The notes under the pieces are model-generated. The model worked only from the letters and a program-made list of their open reading frames with translations. It had not been told where the DNA came from and made no database searches. From an uncultured Gammaproteobacteria bacterium (GTDB lineage: Bacteria > Patescibacteriota > Microgenomatia > Levybacterales > GWA1-39-11), in the NCBI GenBank assembly GCA_964485575.1, contig CAZAJO010000005.1:1389-65388 (forward strand): DNA of 64,000 nt, read 5' to 3'. Each line of letters opens with the position of its first letter. Position 1 is the stretch's first letter. The translations under genes were made by a program, and so were the position numbers. This document shows, in pieces, positions 27,535-36,622 of this stretch.

Positions 27535-28542
27535 ATGAAAAAAATAATTGGATTTTTTGCGATTTTTGTTTGCTTACTCACTTTTGTTACCACATCATTT
27601 GCTGATAACAATGAGCATCGGGTGAACCGAGATAACTGGCACGACAACGATGACCACAATGAAAGCAAATGGAAAATTGCTTCTTCATGTGAGATCACTT
27701 ACACGCTAGACAATGTCGGCTATACTCACACTTACGCTCTTACCAATGGTAATAACGGTGCTTTTTCAGGAACAGGAAGTTACAATCCTGACCCTTCATA
27801 CACCGAAACAATTACTGGAAATGTAACGGGCAACGCTGTCACGTTCCATGTCCTCTACACTGGTACAAGTGCAGGTTATACGCTTGATGCAACTGGGGCA
27901 GTTAGTAATACCGGAGTAATTTCCGGTACTGCAACAGATAGTCTTTCACGCTCATTCACTTTTGCAAGCACAGCTTCATGTGCTACAAAGGGAGGTGATG
28001 ACCATCACAATTTGCGACTTGATTGGAGACGTGAGTTGACAGCTTCAAAGTGTAACGCTGTTGGTAGACCTATTGTTAACGTTAGACAAAAGGTCAAAAA
28101 CGACGCAGACTCAGGCTTTGCAGGATATTGGGCAATGGACCAATATACAAGAGAGATAACTGTCTACAAAACTGCAACAGTCGGAACGTATTGCGCGACC
28201 GTAGCGTATGACGGAAAGTTTGTGTCATTTGCAGGCGCGAGCCCAAATAACACAGGGACAATTGCAGCAGGTATAAAGGGAGAAATGAATGGTGGATATA
28301 GATCTACTCTATTTACGGGTACATTACTTGCTACCCCTTTATGGCCAACACATGGAAATGTTGGTACGACTGACTACAATTGCGATAACTTAGGAAATTG
28401 TCCTGGTCGAATCGACTGGACAACAAAGTATTTCTCAACTACATCAGGATTTGAGCTTGCATGGTGGGGTTGGATATACAACACTCAGCATCATGGAACA
28501 TGGATAAATGCCATTTCCGGAAGTGTGGGAGATATTCTTTAA
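27535..28542 (+). CDS. Secreted Thr/Gly-rich beta-strand protein
   Basis: Signal peptide (..SFA-D), His/Asp/Asn-rich linkers, six mature-region Cys, SD-like GGGGGTGA. Confidence 0.75.
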   Translation: MKKIIGFFAIFVCLLTFVTTSFADNNEHRVNRDNWHDNDDHNESKWKIASSCEITYTLDNVGYTHTYALTNGNNGAFSGTGSYNPDPSYTETITGNVTGNAVTFHVLYTGTSAGYTLDATGAVSNTGVISGTATDSLSRSFTFASTASCATKGGDDHHNLRLDWRRELTASKCNAVGRPIVNVRQKVKNDADSGFAGYWAMDQYTREITVYKTATVGTYCATVAYDGKFVSFAGASPNNTGTIAAGIKGEMNGGYRSTLFTGTLLATPLWPTHGNVGTTDYNCDNLGNCPGRIDWTTKYFSTTSGFELAWWGWIYNTQHHGTWINAISGSVGDIL

Positions 28543-28555
28543 AGGATGTGTCCTA

Positions 28556-28589
28556 ATTGTCGCCTCGCATCTTGTCCCGAGGCGGCAAT
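28556..28589 (+). terminator. Hairpin between convergent genes
   Basis: ATTGTCGCCTCG-N10-CGAGGCGGCAAT. Confidence 0.55.
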
Positions 28590-28650
28590 GGTGAGTGGGG
28601 TTATTTTAATTTTTTTGAGGGTGGCGTTTTTTGCTTTGGAGATAAATTCG

Positions 28651-29034
28651 CTATAAATTTCGTCGGTTTTCGACTTCATCAAATTTAGTATTAGAGTCCT
28701 CTACCAGAGCAGGGTTTGCCAATGCTAATTCATGTCTGATAATAATTCCTGATAATTCAGTGAATAATTCATCCCATGTTTCAACAGATTCAACTAGGGC
28801 CATGTCAAAATCTTTTGGAGTGATTCTCGTCTGGGTAAGCAAAGAGTAAAAAAGTTCAGATGGTGTTGCACTAGATTCTGCTACCGAATCCCTTGCGGCA
28901 TCCCAGTATGTATAAAATTCCTCATATCCATACTCATTTATATAAATTCCTCCCTCGTTATATTTCCTTTCCGCATTAGTTACGAGTCCAGATAATGTAG
29001 GTAATTCCTGAGGTTGTGCATCTATTTCTTTCAT
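28651..29034 (-). CDS. Hypothetical acidic protein
   Basis: 127 aa; TGCTACAAT 6 nt before ATG. Confidence 0.6.
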   Translation of the reverse strand: MKEIDAQPQELPTLSGLVTNAERKYNEGGIYINEYGYEEFYTYWDAARDSVAESSATPSELFYSLLTQTRITPKDFDMALVESVETWDELFTELSGIIIRHELALANPALVEDSNTKFDEVENRRNL

Positions 29035-29138
29035 AAGCTGATTGTAGCACCAACTTTTTCTAAAACAAGAATGTTTCTTGAGACTTTATTGCAAGTTTTT
29101 TAATTTTGAGTTTTTGTCCTCTTTCCTTATAAAATAAA

Positions 29139-29154
29139 TGTGATCTGTCTCACT
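29139..29154 (+). promoter_or_regulatory. CRP/FNR-like box upstream of L,D-transpeptidase
   Basis: AAA-TGTGA-tctgtc-TCACT; -10 TATACT at 29174-29179. Confidence 0.55.
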
Positions 29155-29188
29155 GTAAATATTTTTGCTTTTTTATACTATGTATATA

Positions 29189-29635
29189 ATGAAAATTCTT
29201 AAGATCCTTTTTTTCACAATTATTTTTCTTGTTATTCCAATCAAAGTGCATGCGGAAGGGATTTATACAACCGATAAGCTAATTACTGTTGATACCGGAA
29301 AGCAGAGGCTTTATGCATGGGAAGGGGGACACATTCTCAAAGAATTTAAAGTTTCGACCGGAATGCGATATACTCCTACGGTCAGAGGCAGTTTTTCAAT
29401 CCGCACAAAAATTGAAAAGCAAGACATGAAGGGAAGCTTCCCACCTTATGAGCCTTACTTTATCAAAGATGTTCCCAATGTTATGTACTTTTATGGGGCG
29501 TATGCAATTCACGGAACCTTCTGGCACAATAAATTTGGGTCCCGAGCTTCCCACGGGTGTGTCAATTTACCGGTGGCGGATGCAAAATGGGTTTATGACT
29601 GGGCCCCCGTCGGAACCCGAGTAGAAGTTTTTTGA
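29189..29635 (+). CDS. L,D-transpeptidase (YkuD family), exported
   Basis: VSTG..TP.G.F, AIHGTFWH, SHGCVN; signal peptide from ATG 29189. Confidence 0.9.
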   Translation: MKILKILFFTIIFLVIPIKVHAEGIYTTDKLITVDTGKQRLYAWEGGHILKEFKVSTGMRYTPTVRGSFSIRTKIEKQDMKGSFPPYEPYFIKDVPNVMYFYGAYAIHGTFWHNKFGSRASHGCVNLPVADAKWVYDWAPVGTRVEVF

Positions 29636-29637
29636 GC

Positions 29638-30141
29638 TTATTTTAATTTTTTAAGAAATAGTTGTTCTCTTTCCGAATATTGCATTCCAAGCTCGGCAGC
29701 AAGTGCTTCGTATCTTGGTTTTACCATGGCAGAAACAGCTACCTCAACTCCTTCGATCATATAAGCAGGAGGCATGTACATTTCTCTATATGGGCTTTCT
29801 GGATGAGTAGCAATTTCATGGATTTGATCGGCAAAAAGTCGCACCACATGAACTCCACTTACTACTCTATACCCTTCTTGCCTTGTTGCTCCCTGAAATT
29901 GGAGTATAGAAAGAGCATCGCCCTCGTCTCCCATGCTTGCAACAAATCCCTCACGTCCTTTATATCGAAGTATAAGACTCAAATCCCCGGTTGTTGGGGT
30001 TCGAAGAACAGATCTTTCATCTCCTTTTAACAAACCCAACTCCAGTCTTTGAGCATCAACAGGAGGTGCAATTTCCCTCTTTATATACCTTCCTAAATCT
30101 TCCGGTATTAGTGGTTGATAATATTCTCCTGGTCTTGTCAT
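29638..30141 (-). CDS. Hypothetical protein
   Basis: 167-aa ORF with TGATATAAT shortly upstream. Confidence 0.6.
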   Translation of the reverse strand: MTRPGEYYQPLIPEDLGRYIKREIAPPVDAQRLELGLLKGDERSVLRTPTTGDLSLILRYKGREGFVASMGDEGDALSILQFQGATRQEGYRVVSGVHVVRLFADQIHEIATHPESPYREMYMPPAYMIEGVEVAVSAMVKPRYEALAAELGMQYSEREQLFLKKLK

Positions 30142-30280
30142 AAGGAGAAATTATATCACACAATCAAGAATTTTGAGGTTAATTTTCTTTTTTTCTGTCA
30201 ATCCTTTCCTGTACTTTTGAACAAAATTATCTTTGTAAAAGCTCCTTCTCGTTGTGTCATAAGGTCTTTACATACCCACC

Positions 30281-30317
30281 TTGTTACATTGCACTGTAGC
30301 ACTGTAACAATGTAATG
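30281..30317. repeat. Short octamer array with inverted arm upstream of TfoX gene
   Basis: ttgttacatt gcactgta gcactgta acaatgta atg. Confidence 0.5.
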
Positions 30318-30362
30318 ATTTTGGAGTCTGTACAAAAATCGTGCTAATATAATAATTCAGTT

Positions 30363-30701
30363 ATGGCGACACTTCAGTCAACTGTGGACTTTATAACTTC
30401 TCAAATAGACAACGCGGGGATGATAACCAGTCGCAAGATGTTTGGGGAATATGCACTTTATTGTGAAGGGAAAGTCATCGCATTTGTCTGTGACGACTCA
30501 TTATTTCTCAAACCTACAAAAGAGGCAAAGGAATTTTTCCCTGAATCACAAGACGCTCCTGCCTACCCCGGGTCAAAAATGTATATGTTAATTCCGGAGG
30601 AGAAATGGGAAGACAGAGAATTCATGTCAGAACTTGTAACTATTACCTATTCCGCTCTTCCAGCAGTCATACCAAAACGAGTTAAAAAGTTAAAGAGTTA
30701 A
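30363..30701 (+). CDS. TfoX/Sxy N-terminal domain protein
   Basis: RKMFGEYALYCEGKVIAFVCDDSLFLKPT...AYPGSK. Confidence 0.88.
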   Translation: MATLQSTVDFITSQIDNAGMITSRKMFGEYALYCEGKVIAFVCDDSLFLKPTKEAKEFFPESQDAPAYPGSKMYMLIPEEKWEDREFMSELVTITYSALPAVIPKRVKKLKS

Positions 30702-30704
30702 AGA
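30676..30704 (+). repeat. GTTAA-NNN octamer array on TfoX stop codon
   Basis: aacga gttaaaaa gttaaaga gttaaaga. Confidence 0.7.
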
Positions 30705-30722
30705 TTATTTTAATCTCAAATG

Positions 30723-31625
30723 TTATAAGGATTGATCTCCTTGAAGTATTTTTATTGCGCGGTCCTTGTCATGTCTGAAGAGAAATCTCCTTTTATGTGA
30801 TACTCTATTTTTTTTATCAATCTGACTTTCTACCATACCAACAGGAACTTTACCTGAAAGTGCTTCAAAATGTCTTGTCTGATTATTTCTATATCGAAGC
30901 CCTGCTTCATCTACAAGCTCTTTTAGGGTCATAAGGCACCCGGAAGGACCAATATTATGTCTATAAAAACTCATCCGTACTTTGTCTAATAATTCTTGCG
31001 CTCTTTCATCAGACATTTGGGGTTCTTTCAATGCTTCATTGATTTCGCGAGCTATATCCAATCCCACAAGTTGATGGGGTATATTGATATTTAACTCTCT
31101 CAATAATCGTCTTCTACTGCTTGCCTCTTCAATCGTCAAACCAAATTCCAACATGACTCCTTGAGCAGTTGCGCCTGTTTTTACGCTCTGAATTATTTTA
31201 TCTACCCCGGTCCCTCTTGATATTGACGATTTTACTTTTGCCCAACCTGTACGAGGTTTTGCTAGCCGTAATTCTTCAAGGGGATATTGAGCTTGTAAAT
31301 CTTCAGGGCTGTATTGATGTAAAAGCCTAACTGCAATATCCCTTCTTCCATAAACGTAAGATTCTGTACCGAAATATTTTTCACCGATATCTTTTGCAGA
31401 AAGTGGTGTATTAAAATAATCATCCGCTACAAGCAAACTTTGGACCCTATCTTTTCTTTTGTCTCCCTCAACGGATGAGAGTACTGCATCATAAACACCT
31501 AATTCGCGAGCTCTATTTAAGAACTCTAACGTATCCGAATACGGTCGCTTACAAGGAGGACATGTTTCAGAAGCACTATAAACTTCCGTATTATTTGGTG
31601 ATATGTGTGATAAGTCTACTTCCAT
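30723..31625 (-). CDS. Hypothetical protein with possible HTH motifs
   Basis: LSAKDIGEKY and ATAQGVMLEFGLT helix-turn-helix-like segments; CxxC near N-terminus. Confidence 0.55.
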   Translation of the reverse strand: MEVDLSHISPNNTEVYSASETCPPCKRPYSDTLEFLNRARELGVYDAVLSSVEGDKRKDRVQSLLVADDYFNTPLSAKDIGEKYFGTESYVYGRRDIAVRLLHQYSPEDLQAQYPLEELRLAKPRTGWAKVKSSISRGTGVDKIIQSVKTGATAQGVMLEFGLTIEEASSRRRLLRELNINIPHQLVGLDIAREINEALKEPQMSDERAQELLDKVRMSFYRHNIGPSGCLMTLKELVDEAGLRYRNNQTRHFEALSGKVPVGMVESQIDKKNRVSHKRRFLFRHDKDRAIKILQGDQSL

Positions 31626-31686
31626 ACAAAAAAGATCAAGGAGGTATAGTAGCAGATTACAGGATGAAATTCAATATCTTTTGAGG

Positions 31687-32337
31687 CTAGATCGGCTTGA
31701 GAATTTCTTTGAAATCATTTTGAGGTTTGTTGACTAGAGAACTTATTTGCCACGCCTTCATTTTGTCTGAAGGAAATGGGTCTAGAAATTTTTCTATTCG
31801 CTCCTGCTCAATCATGTCAGGATCCAACCACTCATCCTCCTCTTCCCGAGATAAAATAACAGGCATTCTGTCATGAATTGGCTTCATGATGCTATTTGGA
31901 ACAGTTGTAATTATGGCAAATGATAATAATTTTTTCCCATCAATTTCAGTCTCATTGTAAATTCCAGCGAATGCAAAAACATCTTCATCAACAAGTTTTA
32001 TAGCATAAGGAATCTTAATATCCGGTTTTCTCTGCCATTCAAAGAAAAAAGATGCAGGGACTAGGCACCGACGCTCAATAACTGATTTTTTGAACATCGT
32101 CTTTTCAAAAATAGTCTCGGCCCTTGCATTTATGACATAACCTTTATTTTCTTTCGCCCAAAAAGGTAACATCCCAAATTGCATCAATTGCACTTTTTTT
32201 GGAGAATTTCTTGTAATTATTGGAGCTTCTTGAGATGGGGCTAAATTGTATCTGGTGGTGTTATGAACAGTCGCACTTTCTATTTCAAAGCGTCGCCAAG
32301 AGTCTCCTGTCAACATGAATCCATACCTTCCACACAT
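31687..32337 (-). CDS. SRAP (YedK/HMCES-type) abasic-site protecting protein
   Basis: M-CGR N-terminus, YNLAP, INARAET, RRCLVP, FFEW, IHDRMPVIL. Confidence 0.93.
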   Translation of the reverse strand: MCGRYGFMLTGDSWRRFEIESATVHNTTRYNLAPSQEAPIITRNSPKKVQLMQFGMLPFWAKENKGYVINARAETIFEKTMFKKSVIERRCLVPASFFFEWQRKPDIKIPYAIKLVDEDVFAFAGIYNETEIDGKKLLSFAIITTVPNSIMKPIHDRMPVILSREEEDEWLDPDMIEQERIEKFLDPFPSDKMKAWQISSLVNKPQNDFKEILKPI

Positions 32338-32478
32338 AATCACATTATAAACCTACATTGCTATCACATCGAGCAGGGAGGTGATGGAAAGAGAGGTCCG
32401 CAAGGGGAAATTATAGCATGATCAATAAAAATTATACTCCAGGATGATGTTCAAGTTCAAAAGTGGTATAATCCACGC

Positions 32479-33030
32479 ATGAAAGATAGAGAACCCATTT
32501 TTGGGCCACCCAAAAACCCTATTGAAATTGTCTCGTCTGAGACTGGTATTTCCTTGCGTCAATTGACGCCTGATGACGCTCGCGTGGCATTTGATCTGAT
32601 TGATCGCAATCGAGAGCATTTATCTCAATTTGGTGACGTCACCGCAAGAAATTACGTGACGTATGATCAGATGTTAAATAGCATCATTCTCCCTAGAAAT
32701 CCATTTCGCCTCAGATTTGGCATTAGAAATGCTGAAGGAATATATGTTGGCAGTATCAACGTAACTCCACAGGTAGAAACACGAACCGTTGGTGAGATAG
32801 GATACTATATCGGAGAAGAATTTCAGGGAAATGGTTACACTAATTCTGCCGTTGAAGCACTCTCTGCCTACGCTTTCGAAAATTTAGGGTATGAAGAGCT
32901 TTTTGGCTCTGTTGTTGATGGAAATACCGGTTCTGTTAGAGTTCTTCAAAAGGCAGGGTATATTGAACGTGAAAGACTAACTTTAAATGACACAGTCCTT
33001 ATCCAATTATATAAAGTAAAACCGGTCTAG
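32479..33030 (+). CDS. RimJ/RimL-family GNAT acetyltransferase
   Basis: NREHL, EIGYYIGEEFQGNGY, NTGSVRVLQKAGY. Confidence 0.88.
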   Translation: MKDREPIFGPPKNPIEIVSSETGISLRQLTPDDARVAFDLIDRNREHLSQFGDVTARNYVTYDQMLNSIILPRNPFRLRFGIRNAEGIYVGSINVTPQVETRTVGEIGYYIGEEFQGNGYTNSAVEALSAYAFENLGYEELFGSVVDGNTGSVRVLQKAGYIERERLTLNDTVLIQLYKVKPV

Positions 33031-33668
33031 CAGTGGCCTTCGGGGATTGTAATAATTACAGTTGTATATCCAAAAGCCTTGATAAGAGCAGTTAATTGAT
33101 TACGGGCGTTAGTTGCAGCACTTTGCAAAATCCCACCCTCGCAAGCTGCCGTTCTAATGGAATTTTCTGCAGAAAGTCTAGCTACTGACTCCAGATCCTT
33201 ATCCCCTTGAGTCAGGTATCCTAACTTTCTGTCATAAACTCTCGTCTTTTCATTATCAAGTCTGGCAACAAGTATTTCAGGTGCAGGAAGTGTAAGCTTC
33301 ACCGTTGATCCCTCAATTTTAATATCATTTTCACTAAGTTTTGAGAGATCAATCCCTCCTGTCACTTTTCCGTTTGCTATCAGTAAAATTTTATCTCCAA
33401 AAAGTACTTGCTTAAATGCGTTATCCTCATTTTTTCCTGCCTCTATGATCTTTTCTACGCTAAATTCTGCAGACTCGTATCTGTTGAGTGAGCGGATTTG
33501 AGTTATTACCGACTCACCATTTTTGATGGTTACAGATGGCTTTTTAGGCTTTAATAGAAAATAAATACCACTAATGAGAATGATGGTTAAAATAAAGAGG
33601 AAAATAATTTGAGTGCTTGAGAATAGTTTTTTCGAAACTATTGGAGATTTTACCTTATCCTCTTCCAT
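33027..33668 (-). CDS. DUF4230 family membrane-anchored protein
   Basis: TM, GKVTGGIDLSKL, LPAPEIL, ACEGGIL..A. Confidence 0.8.
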   Translation of the reverse strand: MEEDKVKSPIVSKKLFSSTQIIFLFILTIILISGIYFLLKPKKPSVTIKNGESVITQIRSLNRYESAEFSVEKIIEAGKNEDNAFKQVLFGDKILLIANGKVTGGIDLSKLSENDIKIEGSTVKLTLPAPEILVARLDNEKTRVYDRKLGYLTQGDKDLESVARLSAENSIRTAACEGGILQSAATNARNQLTALIKAFGYTTVIITIPEGHC

Positions 33669-33772
33669 ACAAATAGTATACCATGCGACCTATATATGAA
33701 ACTTGGAAAAGTCTCACTCTACTGCTGCTACTATTGACTTCCTACCTATAAAATTGTTCTAATTAATATGAT

Positions 33773-34930
33773 ATGAAAAAATCCGGACATAAAAAAAAGC
33801 TAGCCAAACGTAGTAATTCCAAATCAATTTCTGTAGTTCGCTTTCGGTATATCAGTATCGGTTTGGGTCTTGTTGCCTTAATTATCGCAGGAAACCTACT
33901 CATTTCTGCCTCAAGCACAGTACATGTCCTGGGCACTTCAACAAGCAATCTACTTGCACGAGGTGGTGATGAATCGCACGATGAGAGTGAATCGTCCGGG
34001 CAACATTCTGATAACAGTAATTCCGGGAGTAGTAGTTCTAATTCAAACTCAGATTCTCCTTCTACAACCAACGACAAACAAACCTCAGCAAGCACAACTA
34101 CAGATAGTGGTCCTTCTCAAAGCACAAAGGTAGATTGTGTCGGCCCAGATGGAAAGCATTTTGTTACAAGTTTTCACGATTGTCAGGAATTGAACGTAAA
34201 ATGGAATAATAGTAATTTTAAATTCACCGTTGTTAGCAACGCCTCCTCAGGCACTAGTAAAATTGTGTCTGCAAATGAAGTCAAAGAACATAGTGAACCA
34301 AAGACAAAAACTCTCGAAATAAAAACAGAAAATACCAAAACGGAAGTGAATTTAGAAAAAAATGGCAGACATATAGAGATCAAAAAGGAGGACGACGGCA
34401 AACTCCACATAAGCTCTAAAGATGAGGATGGGACAGAAGTTGAGCTTGAACAATCCGACGCATTGGAGAAGCTGAATGATTCACTTAAAGATCAGGGTAT
34501 AGAAATAGGGACCGGATCTGCATCCAAATTTACTTTCAAAGCAGGCAAGGTCGAAACTCATACCGATTTTCCACTATCAGTTGATCCATCAACCAACCAA
34601 CTATCAGTTACCACTCCAAGCGGTACTCATGAACTGACTATCCTTCCCGATCATGCTATTCAAAACCTGCTTGATCTTAAGGTTTTTTCGAATATCCTAT
34701 CTACCGCTGATTCCAACACAGCAAGCGCTGAAGCATCGAATAATATCGTCGGACTTACAGAAATTGATAATCAGCCGGCATTTGAAATCGAGGGAGTGGC
34801 AAATAAAAAACTGTTAGGTATATTCCCAGTAGCATTCACCAAGAAAGTTTTTGTTTCATCGGATAACGGTAAAATTCTGAAGACAGAGCAACCAACATTT
34901 GACAACTTCCTCGAGAAAATTTCCTTTTAA
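33773..34930 (+). CDS. Hypothetical membrane-anchored/secreted protein with Ser-rich linker
   Basis: TM, VLG motif, S/N/D-rich tract, KKLLGIFPV near C-terminus. Confidence 0.7.
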   Translation: MKKSGHKKKLAKRSNSKSISVVRFRYISIGLGLVALIIAGNLLISASSTVHVLGTSTSNLLARGGDESHDESESSGQHSDNSNSGSSSSNSNSDSPSTTNDKQTSASTTTDSGPSQSTKVDCVGPDGKHFVTSFHDCQELNVKWNNSNFKFTVVSNASSGTSKIVSANEVKEHSEPKTKTLEIKTENTKTEVNLEKNGRHIEIKKEDDGKLHISSKDEDGTEVELEQSDALEKLNDSLKDQGIEIGTGSASKFTFKAGKVETHTDFPLSVDPSTNQLSVTTPSGTHELTILPDHAIQNLLDLKVFSNILSTADSNTASAEASNNIVGLTEIDNQPAFEIEGVANKKLLGIFPVAFTKKVFVSSDNGKILKTEQPTFDNFLEKISF

Positions 34931-34942
34931 CTTTTACCAAAA

Positions 34943-35668
34943 TCAAATACCTGAGACGTGGAAGAGGCGTCCGATAGAGTACGTCACAACCATTGCGATA
35001 ACTCCCCCACCTACAACTCTAATCGTTGCACGAAGTGAACTAGCCCCACCAATCTTTGCACTTATTACCCCGGTTGCTGCAAGGGCAACGACAACTGAAG
35101 CAAAAGCAACCGGCACCCGAAGACTTGCCGGTGGAAGAATTATTGCAACAAGTGGGATAAGTGCTCCTGCTAAAAACGCACAGGCTGATGCAATGGCCGC
35201 GTGCCACGGGTTTGTCAGATTGTCTGGATCAATACCAAGCTCTATATCAACGTGAGCTGCAAAAGCATCTTTTTTTGTAAGCTCTTTAGCAACAACTGTT
35301 GCAGTCTTTTTGCTCAAACCTTTACGCTCATACAAAGAGATAAGCTCTAGTAATTCTGCGTCAGGAAAATTTTTCAACTCATCCCTCTCTTTTTTAAGTA
35401 GAGCATGCTCTGTGTCTCTTGAACTACTGACTGATACATACTCCCCTGCAGCCATAGATATTGCACCAGCAATGATTCCTGCAATGCCTGCAGTTATAAT
35501 GGCACCAGATGAGCTTGTTGCACCTGCTACGCCAAGGACAAGACCAGCGATAGATACTATCCCATCATTTGCTCCAAGAACTGATGCGCGAAGCCAGTTG
35601 AGTTTGCCTACCGTGCTTTGAGCATGGGGCTCTATATTTGAAAATGCTTGTTGTGTTGAGATAGACAT
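34943..35668 (-). CDS. VIT1/CCC1 Fe/Mn transporter family
   Basis: WLRASVLGANDGIVS, SMAAGEYVSVSS, ELG, NPWHAA. Confidence 0.93.
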   Translation of the reverse strand: MSISTQQAFSNIEPHAQSTVGKLNWLRASVLGANDGIVSIAGLVLGVAGATSSSGAIITAGIAGIIAGAISMAAGEYVSVSSSRDTEHALLKKERDELKNFPDAELLELISLYERKGLSKKTATVVAKELTKKDAFAAHVDIELGIDPDNLTNPWHAAIASACAFLAGALIPLVAIILPPASLRVPVAFASVVVALAATGVISAKIGGASSLRATIRVVGGGVIAMVVTYSIGRLFHVSGI

Positions 35669-35704
35669 ATTTTCTTTATTGTATACCTACATTCACATCC
35701 GTTG

Positions 35705-35720
35705 TGTGATCTAGATCATT
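35705..35720 (+). promoter_or_regulatory. CRP/FNR-like box between divergent VIT1 and DoxX genes
   Basis: TGTGA-TCTAGA-TCATT (14 of 16 match to CRP consensus core); centre 41.5 nt upstream of ATG 35754. Confidence 0.6.
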
Positions 35721-35753
35721 TGACTTGATACATAAGAAGTGCAATCATTTATT

Positions 35754-36308
35754 ATGGCACAAAATGAGTCCATCCAATTTCCTGAGCCACCGATTTCAAG
35801 ATATATATTTTCGGATGTAAAAATGTCATGGCTATGGCTTCTACTCCGTTTGTATGTAGGATATGCGTGGCTTAGTGCAGGTTGGGGAAAAGTAACAAAT
35901 CCTGCTTGGTTTGGGCCTGAGGCAGGAAAGGCACTTACTGGATTTCTCATGGGTTCTCTTGAAAAAACATCAGGTGCTCATCCTGACGTAAGCGGTTGGT
36001 ACGCAGAATTCATCAAAAGCGTTGCACTTCCTAACGCTGCCGTGTTTTCCCATGTTGTTGCACTTGGAGAGCTTCTCGTCGGAATTGGATTAATCTTGGG
36101 TATTTTTACCGGAATTGCCGCATTCTTTGGAGCATTTATGAATATGAATTTCCTTTTTGCCGGAGCCGTGAGCACCAACCCATTACTTTTTATAATTCAA
36201 CTACTCTTAGTCCTTGCATGGAGAACGGCTGGCTGGATAGGAGTCGACCGCTATTTATTACCTGTTCTTGGAACTCCTTGGAAAAAAGGGAAACTCTTCA
36301 AAAAATAG
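35754..36308 (+). CDS. DoxX family membrane protein
   Basis: RLYVGYAWLSAGWGK, GELLVGIGLILG, MNMNFLFAG.VSTNP, G.DR. Confidence 0.88.
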   Translation: MAQNESIQFPEPPISRYIFSDVKMSWLWLLLRLYVGYAWLSAGWGKVTNPAWFGPEAGKALTGFLMGSLEKTSGAHPDVSGWYAEFIKSVALPNAAVFSHVVALGELLVGIGLILGIFTGIAAFFGAFMNMNFLFAGAVSTNPLLFIIQLLLVLAWRTAGWIGVDRYLLPVLGTPWKKGKLFKK

Positions 36309-36309
36309 A

Positions 36310-36615
36310 TCAGCTTTTCTTAAGCGGAGTATAGACTTTCTTTTTAGTGGTTGTTGTAGACTTCTTTTTAACTGGCATTGACGATTTTGGGGTCTTTTTC
36401 TCTTTACTTTGAGAGCCTGCAAATTCTTCAACTTTCTTTTTAACAGTCATTCCAATCTTTACTGCCTCATCTGAGACTTCATCGATCGTTTTTTTGATTT
36501 TTTCTTGATTCTTTTTATTGGATAGGTATACTGCAGCAGCACCTAATGCTGCGCCAGCAATTGCAGATCCTACAGCAACTGCTTCGCCAACTGTTTGTTT
36601 TTTCTTTTTTCCCAT
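36310..36615 (-). CDS. Small YtxH-like protein
   Basis: Ala/Gly-rich TM then Lys-rich tail; TATAAT 6 nt before ATG 36615. Confidence 0.55.
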   Translation of the reverse strand: MGKKKKQTVGEAVAVGSAIAGAALGAAAVYLSNKKNQEKIKKTIDEVSDEAVKIGMTVKKKVEEFAGSQSKEKKTPKSSMPVKKKSTTTTKKKVYTPLKKS

Positions 36616-36622
36616 AACGTCA

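Noticed and set aside
14169-36615. Integron cassette array or prophage
   Set aside because: Genes lie on both strands with their own promoters; no integrase, attC-like RYYYAAC..GTTRRRY structures or phage structural genes recognised
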